Shown here piece after piece: positions 9,729 to 18,305 of a DNA stretch of 64,000 bases (the first letter of the stretch is position 1; each line of letters opens with the position of its first letter). Made by a program: the position numbers and the translations under genes. Origin of the DNA: a bacterium (GTDB lineage Bacteria > Patescibacteriota > Minisyncoccia > UBA6257 > JAGOQP01). The stretch is taken from assembly GCA_021814695.1 (NCBI GenBank), contig JAKAHY010000004.1, positions 24,481 to 88,480 on the forward strand. Direction: 5' to 3'. The notes under the pieces are model-generated. The model was not told where the DNA came from and did not search any database. It saw nothing but the letters and a program-made list of their open reading frames with translations.

Positions 9729-10761
9729 AATTTTTTTAATAATGTTGCTGTTTGTTCCGATAGCCATCATCGGAAATTATGCGGGGCTATCGCCGATACT
9801 AACTTTCTTTCTTTCTGCGCTGGCGGTTATTCCTCTGGCTAAATATATAGGAGAAGCGACTGACGAATTGGCCATCCGAACGGGGCCGGCTTTGGGCGGA
9901 CTTTTGAATGCGACTTTCGGAAATGCCACCGAATTGATTATCGGCCTGATTGCTATCCGATCGGGATTGCTTGAAGTTGTTAAGGCTTCAATTACTGGTT
10001 CAATTATCGGCAACCTACTTTTGGTTTTGGGAACGGCGATGATCGCCGGCGGTTCCCGAAACAAAATCCAAAGTTTCAACAAGACCGCCGCTCTTGCCAG
10101 CGCCTCAACGCTTTTGTTGGCGGTAATAGCTCTGGTTATTCCGGCAATTTTTGTTCAGACCGGAGCAACTAATGCCCATCTTATAGAAGAGTTGAGCGTT
10201 TTTGTTTCGATTTTTCTTGTTATCGCATATATGGCGGGATTGTTGTTTTCTCTCCGAACCCATAAACATCTGTACGTGGAAGAAGTGGGAGAGTATGAAG
10301 CCCGGTGGAGCAAAACCAGGAGCCTTACGGTTCTGATTGTCGCAACCGCGTTTGTCGGATGGGTCAGTGAGATATTGGTGGGATCTATTGAGCCTTTGGT
10401 AGAAGTTCTCGGATGGACTCAGTTATTTATCGGTGTAATTTTTGTCGCCATCATCGGCAATGCGGCCGAACATACCTCGGCGATTGTTATGGCTCTTAAA
10501 AACAAGATGGATTTGGCGCTTCAGATATCAATCGGCTCGGCAACTCAAATTGCAATGTTTGTCGCCCCTATTTTAGTATTTTCCAGTTTATTTTTGGGAA
10601 AACCTATGAGTTTGATATTTAATACTTTTGAGCTGGTGGCGATAGTGCTTTCTGTATTTATAACCAATCTTATAGTTGAGGACGGAGAAAGTAACTGGCT
10701 TGAAGGGCTCCAACTTCTTATGGCTTACGCGATAATGGCGGTAGCATTCTTTTTCCACTAA
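9721..10761 (+). CDS. Ca2+/H+ antiporter (CAX family)
   Basis: GGLLNATFGNATE, GSIIGNLLL, GNAAEH, GSATQIAMF, DGESNWLEG. Confidence 0.93.
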   Translation: MNKIFLIMLLFVPIAIIGNYAGLSPILTFFLSALAVIPLAKYIGEATDELAIRTGPALGGLLNATFGNATELIIGLIAIRSGLLEVVKASITGSIIGNLLLVLGTAMIAGGSRNKIQSFNKTAALASASTLLLAVIALVIPAIFVQTGATNAHLIEELSVFVSIFLVIAYMAGLLFSLRTHKHLYVEEVGEYEARWSKTRSLTVLIVATAFVGWVSEILVGSIEPLVEVLGWTQLFIGVIFVAIIGNAAEHTSAIVMALKNKMDLALQISIGSATQIAMFVAPILVFSSLFLGKPMSLIFNTFELVAIVLSVFITNLIVEDGESNWLEGLQLLMAYAIMAVAFFFH

Positions 10762-10782
10762 TATCTTTGCAGAAATTACCTA

Positions 10783-12042
10783 ATGAATTTTTTTGAAAGG
10801 ATAAAAAAAATCGGCAAAAAAGCCGGGCCGGGAGTTATTACCGGCGCTTCAGATGACGATCCGTCGGGAATTTTAACCTATCTCCAGTCGGGTTTTGTTT
10901 ATGGATTCCGCACTCTGTGGCTGACTATTTTTTGCCTCCCTTTAATGTATGTAGTGCAGGAGATGGCGGCAAGAATCGGTTATGTTACCGATAAGGGGCT
11001 GATGAAAGTCATAAAAGAACATTATCCGCGTTGGATACTTTATATTATTGGATTGATTTCGGTTGCGGTAATAACCGTAAATATCGGAGCCGACCTTCTG
11101 GCTATCGGCGTTGTGTCCGAAAGATTGACTTCAATTTCTAGATTTTTTTGGTTGCCGACCGCCGGAGTCCTGATTCTTTTTTTCACGGTTTTTCTATCTT
11201 ATCCCAAATTTGCCAATGTTATGAAGTGGCTGATTATTTCTCTGTTTTTTTATATTATTGCCGCATTTTATATGGGAATAAATTGGAAGCATGCGCTCTC
11301 GGCAACATTAATACCCTCGTTCTCTTTCAGTAAGGACTTCCTGATACTTTTTGCGGCTTTTCTGGGGACGACAATTTCGCCGTATCTTTTTTTCTGGCAA
11401 GCGGACGAAGAAGTTGAAGATCGCGATGAGGAAAAAAAGGAAAGGCACCTTAAAAGATTTTTGGTAACCAAAAACGAGTTAAAAAGCCTCAGAAAAGACA
11501 CTTTTCTTGGTATGTTTTTTTCTCAGATAGTGACTTGGTTTATCGTAGCGTCCGCCGGCCAGGCAGCGATACTCTACGGCGCCAAAGAAATCGCCAATTT
11601 CGACCAGGCGGCGCTCGTTTTGCAGCCGCTTTTGGGAAGCCTTGCGTTTGTTGTTTTTAGTCTTGGAATTATCGGAACGGGATTGATAGCAATTCCGGTT
11701 CTTGCCGGAAGCATCGGGTATGCATTATCGGAAATATTTGACTGGAAAGAAGGAATAGACAAAACGTTCCGGGAAGCTAAGGGTTTTTATATGATCATTA
11801 TCACCTCTATTTTTATCGGGGCGGCGATGAATTTTTTGAATCTTGATCCCATAAGACTGCTTATTTATACGGCGGTTCTCTACACGGTTATTACTCCGCC
11901 AATTATATTTTTGTTGATTCGCATATCGAACAATAAAAAAATAATGGGGCAGCGAACAAATTCGTGGGTTTCTAATGTTTTCGGATGGCTGACCCTATTG
12001 GTGACTTTAGCGGCTGCAATATTTGCCGTGATGGTCATCTAA
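10783..12042 (+). CDS. NRAMP-family divalent metal cation transporter
   Basis: GPGVITGASDDDPSGI, QEMAARIG, GTTISPYLFFWQ. Confidence 0.88.
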   Translation: MNFFERIKKIGKKAGPGVITGASDDDPSGILTYLQSGFVYGFRTLWLTIFCLPLMYVVQEMAARIGYVTDKGLMKVIKEHYPRWILYIIGLISVAVITVNIGADLLAIGVVSERLTSISRFFWLPTAGVLILFFTVFLSYPKFANVMKWLIISLFFYIIAAFYMGINWKHALSATLIPSFSFSKDFLILFAAFLGTTISPYLFFWQADEEVEDRDEEKKERHLKRFLVTKNELKSLRKDTFLGMFFSQIVTWFIVASAGQAAILYGAKEIANFDQAALVLQPLLGSLAFVVFSLGIIGTGLIAIPVLAGSIGYALSEIFDWKEGIDKTFREAKGFYMIIITSIFIGAAMNFLNLDPIRLLIYTAVLYTVITPPIIFLLIRISNNKKIMGQRTNSWVSNVFGWLTLLVTLAAAIFAVMVI

Positions 12043-12099
12043 GCGACTCAACTCGTCTTTGCTTTTTGGCCGCTAAAAATATATAGTGGCAGGAGTTTT

Positions 12100-13884
12100 A
12101 TGCCAGACGATTTAAACCCAAAACAAAAAGAGGCCGTAGAATACGGACAAGGGCCGCTATTAATAGTTGCCGGAGCCGGTTCGGGAAAAACAAAAACGCT
12201 GACATCCCGTCTGGCGTATTTGATTGCCAAAAAAAATATTGACCCGAAAAAAATATTGGCCATAACTTTTACCAACAAGGCTGCCGATGAGATGAAAGAA
12301 CGGGTTAGAAAAACGCTCGAATCCCAGAAAATCAAAATATCCCACGATCCCTTTGTCGGAACGTTCCATTCTTTTGGAGCCGGTATTTTGAGGAAAGAAA
12401 GCAGAGCCTTCGGGCGTTCGGTTTCCTATTCTATTTTTGACAACGACGATTCGTTGAGTTTAATCAAAAAAATATTAAAAAATTTTAATATTGGTACCGG
12501 CACTCATGCGCCGGCAGCGCTGATGAAAGAATTTTCAAGAATCAAAGACGAACTGCTTAATGCCGAAAACTTTATGGACAGCAAGAAGTCGGAGTCTGTC
12601 TGGTATCTTTTCGGAGAATATGAAAAATCTCTTGAAAAAAATAATGCATTCGATTTTGACGATCTTATAGAAAAACCGGTCCGATTATTTCAAAAAAATC
12701 CGGACATTCTTTTGCGATATCAAAAACAATACGAATATATTTTGGTAGATGAATACCAGGATATAAATACCGCCCAATATTGGCTCATAAAATTACTGGC
12801 CGGATCGCATCGCAATCTGAACGTTGTCGGAGACGATCAACAGGCGATTTACGGATTTCGCCACGCCGACTTCCGTAATTTTTTGAATTTCGAAAAAGAC
12901 TGGCCCAAAACCAAAGTCGTATTTTTGGAACAGAATTACCGTTCTACTAAAAACATCATTGAATCGTCATCGGAGGTTATCTCCCATAATCTGATGCAAA
13001 AACCAAAAACTCTCTGGACCGGAAACGATGAAGGGGCATTGGTGCGAGTAACGGAACACAATGATGAATTTTCCGAAGCCGATTTTATAGTCCAGACGGC
13101 GCTTTTGCATATCCGCCAAGGGCAAAACGTCGGTATTTTATACCGGACCAACGCCCAGTCCCGGCCACTGGAGCAGTTGTTTTTGGAATATGGAATACCT
13201 TATAACTTGTTTGGCGCGCTGACTTTCTACGAGCGCAAAGAAATCAAAGATGTTGTGGCCGCATTGCGATATGCCAGCAATCCCAAAGATTCGGTAAGTT
13301 TGGAAAGGCTCGAAAAAAACTTCAATAAAAAGCCGTATCTGGCACTAAAAGAAAATCTACCCGCCAAAGCTCAGGGTCAGCCTTCAAAAATAATTGATTA
13401 TTTTATCAAAGAAACCGGATATGTTGAGTTGCTGAAAAAAAACTACCCCAACTATCTGGAGCGCATGGAAAACATCCAGGAGTTGTTGTCTTTCTCGGTG
13501 CAATTTAATGATTTGGCGTCTTTTTTGGAAAAGATTTCTCTGGCATCGCCTCTGGATTTAACAAAGCCAAAACGTGACAAAAAAAATATGTCGGGAGCAA
13601 ATTTAATGACGATTCATATAGCCAAAGGGCTTGAATTTGATGCCGTGTTTCTTGCCGGAGCCAACGACGGAATATTGCCTCACCAGAGGTCTTTTTCGTC
13701 CGGAGATGATATTGAGGAAGAGCGGCGGCTGATGTATGTAGCTATGACCCGGGCAAAAAAAGATTTATACCTTAATTTTTTCGGAGCACCGTCAAGATTT
13801 CTTAGTGAGATTCCGTCAGGGAAAATAGAATTTACCGGAGAACGTTCATTGGATGACGAGGATAGGTATATAGAATACAATTAG
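12100..13884 (+). CDS. pcrA: UvrD/PcrA DNA helicase
   Basis: AGAGSGKT, DEYQD, VGDDQQAIY, LEQNYRST, TIHIAKGLEF, EERRLMYVAMTRA. Confidence 0.95.
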   Translation: MPDDLNPKQKEAVEYGQGPLLIVAGAGSGKTKTLTSRLAYLIAKKNIDPKKILAITFTNKAADEMKERVRKTLESQKIKISHDPFVGTFHSFGAGILRKESRAFGRSVSYSIFDNDDSLSLIKKILKNFNIGTGTHAPAALMKEFSRIKDELLNAENFMDSKKSESVWYLFGEYEKSLEKNNAFDFDDLIEKPVRLFQKNPDILLRYQKQYEYILVDEYQDINTAQYWLIKLLAGSHRNLNVVGDDQQAIYGFRHADFRNFLNFEKDWPKTKVVFLEQNYRSTKNIIESSSEVISHNLMQKPKTLWTGNDEGALVRVTEHNDEFSEADFIVQTALLHIRQGQNVGILYRTNAQSRPLEQLFLEYGIPYNLFGALTFYERKEIKDVVAALRYASNPKDSVSLERLEKNFNKKPYLALKENLPAKAQGQPSKIIDYFIKETGYVELLKKNYPNYLERMENIQELLSFSVQFNDLASFLEKISLASPLDLTKPKRDKKNMSGANLMTIHIAKGLEFDAVFLAGANDGILPHQRSFSSGDDIEEERRLMYVAMTRAKKDLYLNFFGAPSRFLSEIPSGKIEFTGERSLDDEDRYIEYN

Positions 13885-13887
13885 ATT

Positions 13888-14652
13888 ATGCCAAGACGAT
13901 TAGGCCAGCATTTTTTGAGGAATGAGAATGTTTTGGAGAGCATAGCTGAGGCTCTCAAAATAAAAAACGGCGATTCAGTTATCGAAATTGGTCCGGGTCA
14001 CGGAGAGTTGACCAGATTTTTAATAGGCAGAGGAGCGATGGTTTTTGCAATTGAGAAAGATAAAGATCTTGTAACAAAAATAAGATCATCGGATATAGGG
14101 CAAAAAATTAAATTGATAGATGGGGATGCTTTACGATCAATTCCCAAAATAACCGAGACTCCCCCTTTATCTGTTGTTGATTATAAAATTGTGGGAAATA
14201 TTCCTTACTATATAACGGGCCATTTGATGAGAATCATCGGAGAATTGAAACATAAACCATCTGAAACAGTCCTGCTTATTCAAAAAGAGGTTGCTCAAAG
14301 AATTTGTTCTCAAGCACCCAATTCAAGCCTCCTTTCCCTAAGCGTCGGTTTTTGGTCAAATCCAAAAATTATTTCGAACGTTCCAAGAGAGGATTTTTTG
14401 CCACCACCCAAAGTTGATTCAGCGGTGATAAAAATGGACACCAAAAAAGAAATTTTGGAAATATGCAGTGAAAAATACTATGAATTTATAAAAAAAGCCT
14501 TCAAACAACCCAGAAAGACGCTCCTTAATAATCTAATATCAAGCGGGTTAAGCAGAGAAGATTCTTTAAATATAATCAAATCACTCGGATTAGGGGTCAA
14601 TTCCCGTCCTCAGGAGTTGGAATGCTCAAAAATAACAGCTATTTTGTGTTGA
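13888..14652 (+). CDS. rsmA: 16S rRNA m6,2A dimethyltransferase
   Basis: LGQHFL, EIGPGHG, GNIPYYIT, QKEVA, PPPKVDSAV. Confidence 0.96.
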   Translation: MPRRLGQHFLRNENVLESIAEALKIKNGDSVIEIGPGHGELTRFLIGRGAMVFAIEKDKDLVTKIRSSDIGQKIKLIDGDALRSIPKITETPPLSVVDYKIVGNIPYYITGHLMRIIGELKHKPSETVLLIQKEVAQRICSQAPNSSLLSLSVGFWSNPKIISNVPREDFLPPPKVDSAVIKMDTKKEILEICSEKYYEFIKKAFKQPRKTLLNNLISSGLSREDSLNIIKSLGLGVNSRPQELECSKITAILC

Positions 14653-14683
14653 AGGGTTGCGTAAGGTGTTGTATAATTTATTA

Positions 14684-15505
14684 ATGAAAAGGCAGACTCT
14701 TGTTCTGACAATTTTTGGTGCCATTATATTGATTTTCTTTGGATACTGGATGTTTGACTCGGTTGTTTCTCAGAAAAACAACAACTCGGAAACGAAATCA
14801 TCTGTAACCGCCGGCACAAAATCATCGGCTATCACTTTAAACGACCTTCTCGATAAATATAATTTTAAAATTAATAACTCCAACACAACAAGCTCAAATA
14901 ATCTGGGTATAAATTCACCTGCGCAAAATAATTATACGGACACAATTAATAAGGATTTAAGCGGCCAATTTATTTCAGCAATACAATCAGGAATGGATGC
15001 TTCCAGCAGTGCCAATGCTATAGATTTTAATCCAACAACTCTTACTCAAATATCCCAGCAATCAATTCTGGCACTTAATAATGTTCCAAAAAATAGCGAG
15101 CTTAACATAATAAACGACAATTCTCTGGAAGCCTCCAGAAAATATTTTATTACCGCTCTCCCGCTTCTAATTAGCAGCTTCAGTTCTCTGCCGACAGGAT
15201 TCAACGATAAAGCAATTTCAAATATTTTTGAAAAAGGGGATTCATCACTTGCTCAGTTGGTATTGAAAACGAACGATAAATTAATTTCCGATTTGGAAAA
15301 AACTCCGGTTCCGGAAAAATATGTAGATCTGCACAAAAAAATTATCACTCAACTCAGAGGGATCTCTTTCGCATATGATGCATTGATAAATTATCAAACC
15401 GACCCATTTAAGCTGTTGTCTCTGGAAACATATCTTGGCGATATGGATAGTCGAGTCAATAGTTTGATGCAGGTCGTAATAGCAGAAAGATCGAAGGTAT
15501 TTTAG
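14684..15505 (+). CDS. Membrane-anchored hypothetical protein (first gene of T4SS-like locus)
   Basis: N-terminal TM, Asn/Ser-rich linker, helical C-terminal domain with VPEKYVDLH...DP; ATG 6 nt after TATAAT. Confidence 0.7.
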   Translation: MKRQTLVLTIFGAIILIFFGYWMFDSVVSQKNNNSETKSSVTAGTKSSAITLNDLLDKYNFKINNSNTTSSNNLGINSPAQNNYTDTINKDLSGQFISAIQSGMDASSSANAIDFNPTTLTQISQQSILALNNVPKNSELNIINDNSLEASRKYFITALPLLISSFSSLPTGFNDKAISNIFEKGDSSLAQLVLKTNDKLISDLEKTPVPEKYVDLHKKIITQLRGISFAYDALINYQTDPFKLLSLETYLGDMDSRVNSLMQVVIAERSKVF

Positions 15506-15515
15506 GAAATATAAT

Positions 15516-16778
15516 ATGTCTAACCGAAAACCATTATTTTTTTTCACGCTGATTTTGTTTTCGGCATTATTTTTAGAGACTTCAATGGGCCAAGTCTTGC
15601 CGCTTAGTGGGGCCGATCTGAATTCTCTGACAAGTGGTCCGGATCTTAGTATTGGCCAAAAAAGTGGCTTAGTGTCTACTCTTCAAACTTTTCTTTCTCG
15701 GCAGGGAAAGGTTATCTATCCTGAGCAAATCGTGTCCGGTTATTTTGGTATTCTCACAAGATCAGCACTGTCTCGTTTTCAAAAAGAAAACGGGATTGCT
15801 CCGGCTCTGGGGTATTTTGGTCCGATAACAAAAAAATATCTCGCTTCTCATATAAGCTTATATTTATTAAACACCACAAACCAATCATCTTCTTCAAGCT
15901 CTCTTAATCAGTCATCGACCTCAAGCATTACTCCTCAGCCAGTTTTACAAATTACATCTTCAACGACCGTTCCCTCAATAGATTCCGGAATTAATGTTTT
16001 GGTTTCGGATAATGGAATAAACTCCAATGTTGATTATGCCAATATGCTGATCGATATTTCTAAAAATATTAAACTAACGGACGAAGATTTAAATAACACA
16101 AAAAAAATTAATTCAATTCCCTTGGCGTTGCCGGGATTGATGGATTGGGCGATATCAAAAAAACAGATTACAGACCAGGATCTAAAAAACACAGCAATCT
16201 TTTGGGAAAAGATAACCAACCAAACCCAATTAGCATTGGAACAAAAGACCGTTTCTCCGGCAATGGAATCTTATCACAAGACGATGATAGGTTGGTTTAA
16301 ATATAACTATCAAGTCGCGACAAAGATGGAATCCCTAAAAATATCCGATCCGTCACTCCAGTCTTTATTGGATCAATACAAATTAACGTATCAAAAATAT
16401 GGGCCTGCTTTGAATAAAAAACTCCAACTTTCCGATATGGAAAAAATTCAGGTTGGGATAGGCTGGAGATCATTTTTATCTGATTTGGGCATATTTAAAG
16501 TTGCTCAAGCGGCGGGTGGTATACCATTTGGAGGAATAATAACCATATCGGACATATGTTTGACGGGAGAATTATTAGTCGTATCTGCTCCGGCTCCAGG
16601 AGCCTTCTTCCTTTATTGGCCAATATATTTTACGAATCCATTTCTATATAACGCGGTTATAACCGGAAATTGGATATTGGGCGAAGCTCTGCCCGGTCCG
16701 GGAATTTGCAGTAAAACATTAATCAATTATACGGAAGGGGAAGGGGTCATCCTCTACTTTGGCACTGGATTACAGTAG
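15516..16778 (+). CDS. Secreted protein with peptidoglycan-binding (PG_binding_1-like) domain
   Basis: Signal peptide; LSIGQKSGLVSTLQTFL...GYFGILTRSALSRFQKENGI..GYFGPITK. Confidence 0.8.
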   Translation: MSNRKPLFFFTLILFSALFLETSMGQVLPLSGADLNSLTSGPDLSIGQKSGLVSTLQTFLSRQGKVIYPEQIVSGYFGILTRSALSRFQKENGIAPALGYFGPITKKYLASHISLYLLNTTNQSSSSSSLNQSSTSSITPQPVLQITSSTTVPSIDSGINVLVSDNGINSNVDYANMLIDISKNIKLTDEDLNNTKKINSIPLALPGLMDWAISKKQITDQDLKNTAIFWEKITNQTQLALEQKTVSPAMESYHKTMIGWFKYNYQVATKMESLKISDPSLQSLLDQYKLTYQKYGPALNKKLQLSDMEKIQVGIGWRSFLSDLGIFKVAQAAGGIPFGGIITISDICLTGELLVVSAPAPGAFFLYWPIYFTNPFLYNAVITGNWILGEALPGPGICSKTLINYTEGEGVILYFGTGLQ

Positions 16779-16801
16779 CTTTAAAGCGGTATAATTTAAA
16801 C

Positions 16802-18295
16802 ATGACAGGTTTAATAAGAAAACTGGCGACGAAGGCATTGATATTTTTCGTAATCTTAGGATTAGTCACCATATCTCTTCCGGGATTGGTTTATCCAAAA
16901 CAAATTAATGCTCAAGGCGTTCCGGTCAACGATCTTCCGGCAGAGGGTAATTTAGGCACTCAAACAAGTTTGGGTTTTTGGCAGAAGGTGCAAAAATATT
17001 GGGAATTATACGTTCGTCCTGCCCTGAGGGATATGGCAGCAAAAAGATTAACGGACTATATTACTCAACAAACATTGGATTGGATAAACAACGGAACACA
17101 GCCGACATTTGTCGGAAATTGGAGCCAGCTCACCAAAGATGCTGGTAACATAGCCTTTGATAGTGTCAATAATTATTTAAAAACTGATGGTGTTGATTTG
17201 TGTTCTCCATTCGTTCCTCAAATACAAATAATGTTGCAAGGAACATTTATGCAGTCTCAGCCCATTAGTTGTAGTATAGATAATTTTTTGACAAACATAT
17301 CCAATTCTACCGACATGCTCAAACGAGGCGACTGGCTGACTTATTCTCAGGCTATTATGCCGGAAAATAACCCGATGGGATTATATCTAATTTCCGAAAA
17401 TAGAATTTATAGCGAATATTTGAGCCAACAAACAGCGCGCGTGAATGAAGCTGTTGCATCCAGCGGATTTTTGGGGACGAAAACTTGCACTAGCTATGGT
17501 AGTTACGGGTCGGTTGATGAGATACAAACAATGTGTAAAGACTCTGGTCACAAAAACGATCCTATTTGTAGTAGTAACCCATCAGTTAATACAGCTTGTC
17601 AACAGTGGGAGGTTCAGACCCCCGGAGATGTTGCCGGAAAAGCGGTTGCTAATGCGATTACCTCCGATACATTGTGGAGCGCCAATATACAGAATTTTAC
17701 CTCAGCTGTTATAAATGCTTTGGTATCAAAAGTTTTCCAAAAGGGGCTTGCGTCTCTTCAGTCGTCAAGCATAAATACGGATAGTGACCTTGCTCAAGGA
17801 GCCGATCCAAATGTGATTGCTAATTTTAACAGTGTGTCACGGGATTGGCTGAATACTTACGACGACACCATTTATTATCTGAATTCGACGGACTATCCGA
17901 CACTTCAAACATGGCTAGATGTTCAGTCTTTGGCTCAGCAAGGAATTTCGTCTTGTTCTTCAACGACCGAATGGCAACAGGAATATAATAACGTAACCAC
18001 TATTGTCAATGTGCTGCAAAATATGACTAATGCAGCAAATGAGGGAATAACAAATATAAACCAAGTCGATCCGGCAGCTCTCTCATCCGCCGAATTATCT
18101 CAGCAGATTACTCTATTAAGTTCCGACTTTTCTAATTTTTCCAGCACTTACGGGATTCTTCTTGACGAGATAAGTAGTGCCAAATCAAGTGGAAGTATGA
18201 CGCGAACGCAAACTGTTGGTCTTCAGGAAAAGAATTCCTTAACTACCGATTTGAGTCCCGCACCGGCTTGTATTTCTCCACTAACTTCACAATAA
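16802..18295 (+). CDS. Secreted hypothetical protein, T4SS-associated (VirB5-like candidate)
   Basis: Signal peptide then AQGVPVND; paired Cys; directly upstream of the VirB6-like gene; function inferred from context. Confidence 0.55.
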   Translation: MTGLIRKLATKALIFFVILGLVTISLPGLVYPKQINAQGVPVNDLPAEGNLGTQTSLGFWQKVQKYWELYVRPALRDMAAKRLTDYITQQTLDWINNGTQPTFVGNWSQLTKDAGNIAFDSVNNYLKTDGVDLCSPFVPQIQIMLQGTFMQSQPISCSIDNFLTNISNSTDMLKRGDWLTYSQAIMPENNPMGLYLISENRIYSEYLSQQTARVNEAVASSGFLGTKTCTSYGSYGSVDEIQTMCKDSGHKNDPICSSNPSVNTACQQWEVQTPGDVAGKAVANAITSDTLWSANIQNFTSAVINALVSKVFQKGLASLQSSSINTDSDLAQGADPNVIANFNSVSRDWLNTYDDTIYYLNSTDYPTLQTWLDVQSLAQQGISSCSSTTEWQQEYNNVTTIVNVLQNMTNAANEGITNINQVDPAALSSAELSQQITLLSSDFSNFSSTYGILLDEISSAKSSGSMTRTQTVGLQEKNSLTTDLSPAPACISPLTSQ

Positions 18296-18305
18296 GTTGA
18301 TTTCA

